Assembly (NCBI RefSeq): GCF_963921235.1
Contig: NC_086108.1
Coordinates: 38,690,001-38,754,000 of the forward strand
From: Mobula hypostoma
Taxonomy: Eukaryota
Length of the DNA: 64,000 nt
Direction: 5' to 3'
The position numbers were made by a program, and so were the translations under genes. The notes below the pieces were generated by a model. That model was not told the origin of the DNA, ran no database searches, and worked only from the letters and a program-made list of their open reading frames with translations. How positions within the stretch are numbered: the first letter of the stretch is position 1; every line of letters starts with the position of its first letter. Positions 51,701 to 63,650 of this stretch are shown piece after piece.

Positions 51701-53756
51701 ACACAAGGGGACCAAGCAACACGGCAATGCAGATGGTTTGTCACGTTTACCACTGCCAACTTCAGAGATAACTACACAAATGGATTCAGCAAAGGTCTTT
51801 CACACAAGAATAGTTGAACAATTACCAGTGACAAACAGCCCCATTGAAAGGGAAACATGCAATGACCCTATGTTGTCTAAAGTGTATGATACCATGGTGA
51901 AGGGATGGCCAGCGTGTGGTAACACACTGTTTCTAGCCTTCTCTGCAAGGAAGGAGCAGTTGTCAGTGTGTCGAGGAACACCAATGTATGGTTCACGAGT
52001 TGTGATTCCTCCCAAGCTACGCACCAGAATGCTGGAGGAACTGCATAAGGGGCACCTGGGTACCGTGAAAATGAAAAGTCTTGCCCGTGCCTATGTGTGG
52101 TGGCCAGGAATCCATAAACAGATTAAGGACTTGACCAAGAACTGCTCTGGATGTCAAAAGATCCAGAACACACAAGCCCCTCTCCATCCATGGGAGTGGC
52201 CCTCATCACCATGGCAAAAGTGCACATCAACTTTACTGGACCATTAATGGACGTTATCTTTTTAATCGCCATCGATGCACATTCCAAATGGCCAGAGGTC
52301 ATCAAAATGAAAACAACCACATCAGAAAAGACCATTACAGTTCTGAGGACCATGTTTGCCAGGAATGGCATACCAGAACAAATCTGCACAGACAAAGGAC
52401 GAAAATTTGTCTCTGAAGAATTCCAAAGTTTTGTGAAGAACAATGGAATCAAGCACTTTACATCTGCTCTTTACCATCCATCCACAAATGGTTTGGCAGA
52501 AAGATTTGTATAGACATTCAAGAAAGCCATCAAGGCAATGGACAGTGAAAATCGACCACTACAACGCAAGATAGACAACTTCCTCCTTGTCTATCATAAT
52601 GCAGTACATGTAACCACTAATCAGACTCCAGCGATGATGTTTCTGAACAAGAACCTGAAGTCCCGCATGGATCTTCTCAAACCAGATGTACGGCGTGATG
52701 TGGAGAACAGACAGTTCAAACACTTGAATGCTAAGTCAACACGGAGCTTCAGTGTGCGACAGTTAGTTCTTGCACATGATTACTGGACTGAAAAGTGGCA
52801 GCTGGGTACAGTTTCCACCATGGATGGGCCACTGATGTATACAGTGAAGGTGGGAGAGAACTTATGGAGACGTCATGTGGACCAAATCCTGGATGCTTAG
52901 GTGAAAAACACAACAACACCTTGTCGGACTCTCCTGACATAGAAGCAAGCACTCCTGATGTGACCACATCGGCCTCATCTACAGGTAAGCCTGTCATCAG
53001 TGCTGATGACCCACCTGAGGTACCTATGGAGACTCACTCCCCAAAGCAAATGTTTCAGGACAGACGTTACCCAGAGAGGCAGAGAAGACCTGCCCAGAGA
53101 CTTGAGTTATAAATGGGTCTTAGACCAAAAGTTTAAAAAAAAGCTCGTTATAATTTGATATTATTAAGTCACTTTGTTATAATTTGTAAGTAAATGGTAG
53201 GCACTTGTATGTTAAGGGTACACATATTTGTTTAGCATAGTGCCCCAGTAAAAAAAAAGTTGATACACTATTAAAATAAAAGGGGAGGAGTGTACTGTAT
53301 AGCCTACATTATAATAAGGGTCTACTTTATGTTTTAGTAACACATCATTGCATGCGCTATTAGGCGCGTATTGATCTGTATGTGTGTGTCGAGCTCGGAC
53401 TCTAACAGTAAAGAACCATGAAATTTAGTTCACGTCTCCAGCGTTTTTATTAATAACATAGTTGTGTAAACAGGCCACATACACAAGGCAGAAACTAAAA
53501 ATTTCAAAATGTAAAGGCGATAAAGTGAGGAAAAATGTAATTAATATTAGTGATTTAAAGCATTACTAATTTGTAGGTAAAACATTTTTGACAAAGTCCC
53601 ATATGGGAGGCTAATCTGGAAAAGTTGAGTCACATGGCATTCAGGATGAGGTAGTAAATTAGATTCAACTTTGGCTTAGTGGGAGAAGCTAGACAGTAAT
53701 AGTTGATGGCTGTTTCTTTGACCCAGTACCCAGAGTCCTATGCCCAGTGGTAATCA

Positions 53757-54330
53757 AACTTTAAAGTAAATTCATTATCAAAGTACATTCTGTATGTCAT
53801 CCACTTACAACCTTAAGATCCATTTTCTTGTGGGCATTCATAGTAAATGTAGGAAACCCAACAAAATCAACGAAAGACTGCAACAGAATGGATAAACAAC
53901 CAATGCGCAACAAACCGTGCAAATACAAAAAGAATAATAAATAGTAAATAAAAAAAAGCAATAAATATCGGGAGCGTGAGATGAAGAGTCCTTGAAAGTG
54001 AGTTAGTAGGAACAGTTCGCTGATGGAGAGAGTGAAGTTGAGTGCAGTTATCCCCACTGGTTCAAAGGCCTGATATCTGACAGGTATTAACTGATCTTAA
54101 GCCTGGTGATGTGGGTCCTGAGGCTCCTGTACCTTCTTCCTGATGCCAGCAGTGAGAAGAGAGCATGACCTGGATGGTGAGGGTCCATAATCATGGATGC
54201 AGTTTTCCTGTGACAGTGCCATGGGTAGATGTGCTTAATGGTGAGAAGGAATAGACTGTCATAGACTGGACTGTATCCAGTACATTTTGTAGGCTTTTCC
54301 ATTCAAGGGCATTAGTGTTTCCATATCAAT
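53757..54330 (-). mobile_element. Rex1/Babar-like 3' fragment
   Basis: DPHHPGHALFSLLASGRRYRSLRT (ORF 54087-54302) plus 3' UTR. Confidence 0.75.
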
Positions 54331-54385
54331 GTCACAGGAACCGGAGCTGTTGTTTGCCATCTATGTAATAATTTGGATGGTACCT

Positions 54386-55530
54386 AAATGGATTTTAGTA
54401 AGGCATTTGACAAGGTTCCACACGGTAGGCTTATTCAGAAAGTCAGAAGGCATGGGATCCAGGAAGTTCGGCCAGGTGCATTCAGAATTGGCTCGCCTGC
54501 AGCAAGCAGAGGGTCGTGGTGGAGAGAGTACACTCGGATTGGAGGGTTGTGACTAGTGGTGTCCCACAAGGATCGGTTCTGGGACCTCTGCTTTTCGTGA
54601 TTTTTATTAACGACCTGGATGTGGGGGTAGAAGGGTGGGTTGGCAAGTTTGCAGACGACACAAAGGTTGGTGGTGTTGTAGGTAGTGTAGAGGATTGTCA
54701 AAGATTGCAGAGACATTGATTGGATGCAGAAGGGGGCTGAGAAGTGGCAGATGGAGTTCAACCCGGAGAACTGTGAGGTGGTACACTTTGGAAGGACAGA
54801 TTCCAAGGCGGAGTACAAAGTAAATGGCAGGATACTTGGTAGTCTGGAGGAGCAGAGGGATCTGGGGGCACATGTCCATACATCCCTGAAAGTTGCCTCA
54901 CAGGTAGATAGGGTAGTTAAGAAAGCTTATGGGGTGTTAAGCTTTCGTAATTCGAGGGATAGCGTTTAAGAGTCGCGGGGTAATGATGCAGCTCTATAAA
55001 ACTCTGGTTAGGCCACATTTGGAGTACTATGTCCAGTTCTGGTCGCCTCACTATAGGAAGGATGTGGAAGCATTGGAAAGGGTACAGAGGAAATTTACCA
55101 GGATGCTGCCTGGTTTAGAGAGTATGCATTATGATCAGAGATTAAGGGAGCTAGGGCTTTACTCTTTGGAGAGAAGGAGGATGAGAGGAGACATGATAGA
55201 GGTGTACAAGATAATAAGAGGAAAAGATAGAGTGGATAGCCAGTGCCTCTTCCCCAGGGCACCACTGCAAGAGGACATGGCTTTAAGGTAAGGGGTGGGA
55301 AGTTCAAGGGGAATATTAGAGGAAGGTTTTTTACTCAGAGAGTGGTTGGTGCGTGGAATGCACTGCCTGAGTCAGTGGTGAAGGCAGATACACTAGTGAA
55401 ATTTAAGAGACTGTTAGACAGGTATATGGAGGAATTTAAGGTGGGGGGGTGTTATATGAGAGGTAGGGTTCAAGGGTCGGCACAACATTGTGGGCCGAAG
55501 GGCCTGTACCATGCTGCACTATTCTAGGTT
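54386..55530 (+). mobile_element. 5'-truncated CR1 LINE (second subfamily)
   Basis: VTSGVPQGSVLGPLLF..KFADD, LVRPHLEY..WSP, FFTQRVVGAWNALP. Confidence 0.88.
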
Positions 55531-55539
55531 CTATATTGT

Positions 55540-56455
55540 GGTAAATTCGATCAATTTGTGGTTAATACCAAGATTAGAGGTATAATGAACAGCGAGGAAA
55601 GCTATCAAACTACTGCAGAACAATCTAGACCTGTTGGAAAAATAGGATCAAAAATGGCAGAAGGAATTTAACTGTGATGTGTTGCAGTTTTGGAGGACAA
55701 AGCAGTGTAGGACGTACACAATGAACAGCAGGACACTTAGGAGCGAAAGGGGTCTGGAACTACAGAAAGCATCCCTTGGAGGTAGCAGCACAGGTAGGTA
55801 GGGTCGTAAGGAAAGCTTCTGGTACATTGACCTTTATAAATCAAGAGTTCTGAGTACAGGAGTTGGGATGTTATATTTAAGTTGTATAAGATGTTGGTGA
55901 GGCCAAATTTGGAATATTGTTTGCAGTTCTGGTCACCTACCCACAGGAAAGATGTAAATAAGATTGAAATAGTACAGAAAAAAATTACAAGAATGTTGCC
56001 AGGCCCTGAAAACCTGAGTCATAGGGAAAGGTTGAATGGATTAGGACTTTATTTCCTGGAAAGTAAGAGAATGAGGGAAGATTTGATAGAGGTACACAAA
56101 ATTATGAAGAGGTATAAATAGGGTTAATGCAAGCAGGCATTTTGCACTGATGTTTGGTGAAACTTGAACTGGAGTTCATATATTAAGGGTGAAAGGTGAA
56201 AAATTTGAGGGGAATCTGAGGAAAAACTTCGTCGCCCTAGAGTGTGGTGCAAGTGTAGAACAAGCTGCCAGTAGAAGTAGTGGATGCAAGTTCGATTGTA
56301 TAATTTAAGAGAAGTTTAGATAAGTACATGCATGGCAGGGGTATGAAGGCCTATGGTCCAGGAGCAGGTCGAAGGGACTACACAGAATAACTGTATGGTA
56401 GCAACCAGATAGGCTGAAGGGCCTGTTTCTGAGCTGTAGCACTCTATGACTCTAA
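55540..56455 (+). mobile_element. Older CR1 3' fragment (probably continuous with 53585-53725)
   Basis: LVRPNLEYCLQFWSP; CTCTATGACTCTA tail. Confidence 0.75.
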
Positions 56456-56531
56456 TCAGAAATCCAGCTGACAGCTACGAAGGCAAAGAGGGAATCACAA
56501 AGGCATCTGTTTCTCCATCAGAATATGTTAC

Positions 56532-56638
56532 CTGAATGGGTTCTTCTATGTTTGGTGAGATGGTCATGGCGAATAAAAGTTTTCCCACATTCTTCACATT
56601 CATAACGCTTGTCATCATGATGTACACGGAGATGTAAT
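56532..56638 (-). CDS. ZBTB41: ZBTB41 coding exon (107 nt, C2H2 fingers); upstream exons lie beyond the right edge
   Basis: LHLRVHHDDKRYECEECGKTFIRHDHLTKHRRTHS; AG 56640-56639, GT 56531-56530; phase 2->1. Confidence 0.95.
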
Positions 56639-57287
56639 CTAGTAACAAAATATTAATTTATAAAAGTGCTTCAAGCAACATTTCTTGCTACTTTATTATC
56701 AACCATATAAAATGGAAAAATAACTCGCTGATTATATGAATTCATTTTGTTGAGAAAAATTTCAATAACTAGAATAAATTTAAGTAATTTGCATAACCTA
56801 TCTGCTGAAAATACTCCCTAAAAAGTTGCCAATACCACTGAAAGTTTAGAAAGCAATCTTGTGCTTCTACTTAAAAGCAGCAACTAAGAATGTATAAAGA
56901 TGGTGTTTTTGAGCAATAAAATCGTCCCATGACAAAGACACTGAAGAAGACATTGACTATAACTCAGCATTCAACATTATCATCTCCTTGAAACCAACAC
57001 TGTAGTTATGCTTGTTGATGATATCACTGTTACTGGTTGAAACAAAGTCGACAATGAAATGGCATATAAGAGGGAAATTGAAAATCTGTTTGAATGATAC
57101 CAGAACAATACGTCTAACTCAATATCCATGGAACCAAACAGCTAATTATTGATTATAGGAGGAGGAAGTCAGAGGTCCAGGAGCCACTCCTCATTAGGGG
57201 GCATAATCATATCAGAGAATCTGTCCTGGGACCAACACAAGAAGGAATGACAAGCACCACCTCTACTTTTTTAGAAATTTGCAGATT

Positions 57288-58673
57288 CAACATTCCACTG
57301 CCACGGGCCTGAATGACTTCCCTCCAGTTACATTCACCCCCATCATTGCAAAGTGCTTTCAGAGACTGGTTCTATCACATCTGAAATCCTGTCTGCCCAC
57401 TACCCAGGACCCCCATCAATTTGCCAATCACACCAACAGGTCAACAGAGGATGCCATCTCCACAGCACTTCACTCTGCCCTGACCCACCTGCACAGCCCC
57501 AACTCTTACGTCAGAATGCTGTTCATTGACTTTAGTTCGGCATTCAATACTGTGATCGCCTCAAAGCTGATCACCAAACTTCACCAGCTTGGTATCAGCA
57601 TATCCCTCTGCAATTGGACCTTGGACTTTCTGACTAACAGACCCCAATCAGTTCAGTTAGACAACCTCTCCTCCTCCACTCTCACCCTGAACACCGGCGT
57701 GCCTCAAGGCTGTGTGCTGAGCCCTCTTCTATACTCCCTTTTCACCTATGACAGCGGTCCTGTACATGGTTCTAACTCCATAATCAAGTTCGCAGACGAC
57801 ACTACGGTGGTTGGTCTGATCAGAGGGGATGACGAGACAGCCTAGAGAGACAAGGTCCAGCACCTGGCTGCGTGGTGTGCCAACAACAATCTGGCCCTTA
57901 ACACCCAGAAGAACATGGAGATCATTGTGGACTTCAGGCATGCTAGGAGTCACAGTCACGTCTCCATCTACATCAACGGAACTGTAGTAGAGCGTGTATC
58001 AAGCTTCAAATTCCTTGGTGTCCACATTTCTGAGGATCTCACCTGGTCCCTGAACTTCTCCATCCTGATCAAAAAGGCGCAAAAGCGCCTTTATTTCCTG
58101 CAGCGCATGAAGAAAGCTCACCTCTGTTCCAGGATGCTGACGGACTTTTACTGCTGTACCATTGAGAGCATACTCACCAACTGCATCTCAGTGTGGTATG
58201 GCAACTGTCCCCTATCGGACCGCAAAGCACTCCAGCAGGTGGTGAAAACTGCCCAGCGGATTATCGGCACCCAATTGCCCACCATTGAGAACATCTACCA
58301 TAAACGCTGCCTGGGCAGGGCAAAAAGCATTATCAGGGATGCATCTCACCCTAACCATGGACTTTTTACTCTCCTCCCATCAGGTAGGCGCTACAGGAGC
58401 CTCCGCTCCCGCACCAGCAGGCACAGGAAGAGCTTCTTCCCTGAGGCTGTAACACTGCTGAACCTCACATCACAGCGCTAAGCAGTATTGCATCTGTATT
58501 GTACTGTCTCAGTACTTTTATATTTCTGTGCTGTAGCATTTTTTTTATTTGCAGTTATTTTGTAAATAACACTATTCTTTGCACTTCTGGTCAGATGCTA
58601 ACTGCATTTCATTGGCTTTGTATCTGTACTCGGCACAATGACAATAAAGTTGAATCTAACCTAATCTAATCTA
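57288..58673 (+). mobile_element. Young 5'-truncated Rex1/Babar LINE (RT) inside an older Rex1 relic
   Basis: [41 protein letters not shown]; (AATCT)n tail. Confidence 0.9.
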
Positions 58674-60041
58674 ACATGTACGTATTTTGACAATAACTTT
58701 ACTTTCACTTTGATATAACCACATAGACTTATAGAGCTTCACAACGGTGTCACTTTTAAGATACACAAGTTTATTTTAAACAAAGCTAATTTACTGTCAA
58801 TCGATTATTCAGATTTACCATCGCAACATTTCTACTTTGCTAGTTAAAAATTAAAGCTACCAACTATAACTGAAAAATGCCACCACCAACTGCAACGCAC
58901 TGTAAATATTAACTTTACAAATGTGTGAGATCCTAGTAAACAATCAGTGGATGTCAGTTACAAACCTATTTTTAACCATGTGAGGTTTAAAAATCTGCAA
59001 CATTGAACCTTGTTATAGCACTGCGGGGAAATCATCATTCTGGAGGAAGTCAGACAGCATCTCTGGAGGGAAATGTCTCTGACACCCTGCATCAGGACTA
59101 GAAAGAAAGCAGATACCTGGCATAAAAGAGTGTGGGGAGGAGTTAAAGCAAGAAGGATAAGAGAGGTAAGAAGGGGAGGGGATTAAGAATGATGAAAGAG
59201 GGCTCGGTGGTGATAGGCAGAACTGACAAAGGGCTGAAGAAGATGGAATCTGAATGGGGAAGATAGTGGACCATGAATGAAAGAGGAGGAGATGAGGAGG
59301 GGAACCAGAGGGAAGAATGTGTAGGTGATGAGCACATCAAAAGAGTGAGGGAGGGGAAAGGGGTGATGGGACCAGTGGGATAAGGTAGAACAAAAGATGT
59401 AGGTCAGGGAGGGAAGAGAAACAGAGAGGAGTGGTTATTGAAAATTATGTTCTTGCCATCAGGTTAGAGACTGCCAAGGCATAATTCAAGGTCTGTTCCT
59501 CTAATCTGCATCTTGTATCAATTTGGCAGTAGACAAGGCTGTGAGCAGACAAGTCTATGTTATAATAGGAAGTGGAATTAAAATGGTTAGCCACTGGGAG
59601 AGTATGGCCAGTATGGTGAATGGAGCAAAGGTACTTAACAAAGTGATTCCTCCAAACTGCATCAGATCTCGCCAACATCCATTATCCATTACATCATTTC
59701 AAGTTTAGCCCTGGTAGTTTCCAGCCTGATGGCATGAACATCAATTTCTCTAATTTCCACTAACCACTTCTCCATTCCCTGCCCTCCCCAATTACTTTTG
59801 TTTACCTATATCTCACCAGCCCCATCACCCCTTCTCTTTCCCCTCCCTGGCTCTCTCAATCTGCTCATCACCCACAGATTCTTCCTTCCATTTCCCCTCA
59901 TCTCCAACCTTTATTGTATAGTCCAATGTACTCTCCCATCAGATTCCATCTGCCTATAATCCCCAGCTGTTTACATCATTCCCATTCTTCCCCATCCCCA
60001 CTTGCCTATCCTCCCCCAATCACATGGATTCACCCATCATT

Positions 60042-60217
60042 CATAAAAGTTGCTGGTGAACGCAGCAGGCCAGGCAGCATCTCTAGTCCTGACGAAGGGT
60101 CTCGGCCTGAAACGTCGACTGCACCTCTTCCTAGAGATGCTGCCTGGCCTGCTGCGTTCACCAGCAACTTTTATGTGTGTTGCTTGAATTTCCAGCATCT
60201 GCAGAATTCCTGTTGTT
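60042..60217. mobile_element. ~172-bp PLE mini fold-back with an intact hammerhead in the loop
   Basis: Perfect 45-bp stem 60042-60086/60131-60175; TSD TTCACCCATCATTCA (60029-60043, 60216-60230). Confidence 0.9.
60085..60120 (+). ncRNA. Minimal hammerhead ribozyme (PLE)
   Basis: AGTCCTGACGAAGGGTCTCGGCCTGAAACGTCGACT. Confidence 0.88.
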
Positions 60218-60849
60218 CACCCATCATTCACCAGCTCTTGCTTCAGCCCCTCAACTGAGCCTTTTATAACAGCTCTCTACTCTCCTTCTAATCCTGATAA
60301 AGGGGTTTAACCCAAGACATCGGCTGTCCTTTCCCTCCAAAGATGCTTCCCCACCTGTTGAATTAGTTCAGCATTAAATTACCCACCCTGCCACGCCGCC
60401 AACCCCCACTACTTTATCACTACCTGTCAGTCACCTTACGTAGCCACTCCTGCGCCTAGCATCAATTTATGAACGTGCAATCAATGTATATAAGCTATCT
60501 TATGTATTTATATTTATTGTGCTTTTCTATTATCATTGCGTTTTTTTAATCTTATTGTGCTTTTGTGCTGCATCAGATCCAGAGTAACAATTAATTCGTC
60601 TCCTTTAGACACATGTACTGGAAATGACATTGTACAATCTTGAATCTTGAATTTTGAGTGTTGGTCCAGATTTCCAGCATCTACAATCTTTCTTGTTTCT
60701 CCATGACATCATCACTGCTGGTTTACATCATGACCAGTTAATAATCTTCATATCTGGTATATGCTATTCAATGCACTGGGCCACAGCTACATCAGGAATT
60801 TTATTTTGTTTTATTTGCTGATCTAGGCATTCATGGATAGGCTGGATTT

Positions 60850-63650
60850 AAAATCAGAATCAGGTTTATTACCACCGGCATGTGTTGTGAAATTTGTTAA
60901 CTTAGCAGCAGCACTTCAATGCAATATAATACAGAAAGAAAACTAAATAAGTAAATTAATTACAGTAAGTATATGTATATTGAATAGATTAAAAATCATG
61001 CAAAAACAGAAATAATATACTAAAAGATAAGTGAGGTAGTATTCAGGGTTCAATGTCCATTTACGAATCATATGGCAGAGGGGAAGAAGCTGTTCCTAAC
61101 TCACTGAGTGTGTGCCTTCAGGCTTCTGTACTTCCTTCCTGCCTTCCTGACATTAACAATGAGAAGAGGGCATGCCCTGGGTGATGGGGGTCCTTAATAA
61201 TGGACGTCACCCTTCTGAGGCACCGCCCCTTGAAGATGTCTTGGGTACTATAGAGGCTAGTACCAAAGACAGAGCTGACTAATTTTATGACTTCCTGTAG
61301 CTTCTTTTGGTCCTGTGCAGTAGGCCCCCACCCCCAACCCATATCAGACAATAATGCAGCCTGTCAGAATGCTCTCCATGGAACATCAATAGAAGTTTTC
61401 GAATGTTTTATTTGACAAACCAAATCTCTTCAAACTCCTAATGAAATATAGCCACTATCTTACCTTCTTTATAACTGCATCGATATTTTGGACCAGATTA
61501 GAACCTCAGAGACCTTGACACACAGAAATTGCTCATTCTCTTCACTTTGGATTAGTTTGTGTTCCCTCCTCTTGTCCTTCTTGAAGTCAACAATCAGCTT
61601 TTTCTTCTTACTGGCATTGAGTGCAAGGTTGTTGCTGCAATCTCCACTCAACTAGCCGGTCTATCTCGCTCGTGTATGCCCTCTCATTTCCATCTGAGAT
61701 TCTACCAACAATGGTTGTATCATCAGCAAATTTATACATAGTATTTGAGCAATACCTAGACACACAGTTATGAGTATACAGAAAGTAGAGCAGTGGGTTA
61801 AGAGATGTACCAGTTTTGATCATCAGTGAGGAGGAGATATTATTACATGTCCACACAGATTGTAGTTTTCCAGTTAGGAACTCAAGGGCCCAACTGCAGA
61901 GGGAGGTACAGAGGCCCAGGTTCTGGATTGTGGGAATGATCGTGTTAAACACTGAGCTATAGTCAATGAACAGCATCCTGACATAGGTAATTATATTGTT
62001 CAGGTGATCTATGACTGTGTGAAGAGTCATTGAGATTGCATCTGTCGTAGACCTATTGTGATAATAAGCAAATTGCAGTCGGTCCAGATCCTTGCTGAGG
62101 CAGGAGTTCATTCTAACCATGACCAATCTCTCAAAGCACTTCATCACTGTATATGTGGGTGCTACGGGATGATAGTCATTAAGGTAGCTCACACTACTCT
62201 TCTTAGGCACTGGTATAATTGTTGCCTTTTTGAAGCAGGTGGGAATTTCTGACTGGAGCATTGAGAGGTTGAAAATGTTCTTGAATATCCCTGCCAGTTG
62301 GTTGGCACAAGATTCAGAGCCCTACCAGGTACTCCATTGGGGCCTGCCGCCTTGCAAGGGATCATCCTCCTTAAAGACAGCCTAACATCATCCTCCGAGA
62401 CAGAGACACAGGGTCACTGGGTGCAGCATGGATCTGCGCAGCTGTAGTATTCTCCCTTTCAAAGCGAGCATAGAAGGCACTGAGCTCATCTGGTAGTGAA
62501 GCATCACTGCCATTCATGCTATTGAATTTCACTTTGTAGGAAGTAATGCCTTGCAAACCCTGCAGAGTTGATGTGCATCCTATGTCGCCTCCAAACTCGC
62601 TTGCAACTGACTCCTTGCTCTTGAAATTGCCCTCCACAAGTCATACCTGGTTTGCTTGTACAGATCTGGGTCACCAGACTTAAATGCCACACAGCTAGCC
62701 CTCAGGAAATGACGTACCTCCTGGTTCATCCATGGCTTTTAGTTTGAGAATGTACAGCAAGTTTTCATAGGCACACACTCATCCACACAGGTTTTAACGA
62801 AGTCAGTAACAAATGCGGCATACTCATCCAGATTCGAAGATTAATCCCTGAATACAGTCCAGTCCACCAATTCAAAGCAGTCCTGTAAGCACTCCTGTGA
62901 TTCCCTTGTTCATACCTTCTTGCTCCTCACTACCAGCGTTGCAGTCTTCAGTCTCTGCCTATACTCAGGGAGTAGAAGTACAGCCAGGTGATCAGACTTT
63001 CCGAAGTGCAGGCGTACACGGTGGGTATTCTTCATGGTGGTGTAACAGTGAACCAGTGTGTTGTTTCCTCTGGTACTACAAGTTATTTGTTGATGGTAAT
63101 TAGTGATTTTTTTTCAAGCTGGTCTGGTTAAAATCTCCCACAATGACAGTGAATGCTTCAGGGTGTGCTGTTTCATGCCATGTTGACCCCTTTGCTCCGA
63201 TCATCTGACGCCTATTTGACATCAGCCTGAGATGGAATGTACACCACTACCAAAATGATCATAGAAATCTCCCATGGCAGGTAAAATGGACGGTAAAACT
63301 AATTGCAAGATATTCAAGGTCTAGTGAGCAGAACAGGGAAACACTGATAAATTTGTGCACCAAGAGGATTTGATCATGAGGCGTACACCTCCACCTCTGC
63401 TTTTGAGAGATTCAACAGCCCTATCCTGACGGTGTATACTAAACCTGTCAATCTGAATCACTGCATCCGGTACAGAAGGGATTAACCAGGATTCTGTGAA
63501 ACAAAGGATGTACAAGGTCTTAATATCCCTCTGATACTGCACCCTAACTCTGAGAACTTCGATTTTGTTTACCAGAGGCTGTATGTTTGCCAGCAAAATA
63601 ATCGGTATTGGGAATGTAAAACCATTTCCTTAAACACACTTATACCCCTG
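60850..63650 (-). mobile_element. Degenerate near-full ORF2 Rex1/Babar LINE
   Basis: LCFTESWL endonuclease (63321-63596), [18 protein letters not shown] (61608-62261), DPHHPGHALF, short (ATTCTG)n tail. Confidence 0.85.

Larger units (their letters stand above)
47545..53485 (+). mobile_element. Full-length decayed Gypsy (Mag-like) LTR retrotransposon with 195-bp LTRs
   Basis: 5-bp TSD AGGCA; 5' LTR 47545-48919 (split by a PLE), 3' LTR 53291-53485, PPT 53277-53290; gag with two CCHC knuckles, protease, RT (YLDD), RNase H, integrase; several stops and frameshifts. Confidence 0.93.
59035..60702. mobile_element. Old PLE pair in head-to-head orientation (minus ~59035-59670, plus ~59700-60702) with later insertions
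   Basis: LPVANHFNS (minus), CCAGCCTGATGGCATGAACATC (plus); decayed hammerheads at ~59075-59100 (-) and ~60291-60325 (+); tail GATTTCCAGCATCT at ~60670. Confidence 0.7.
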
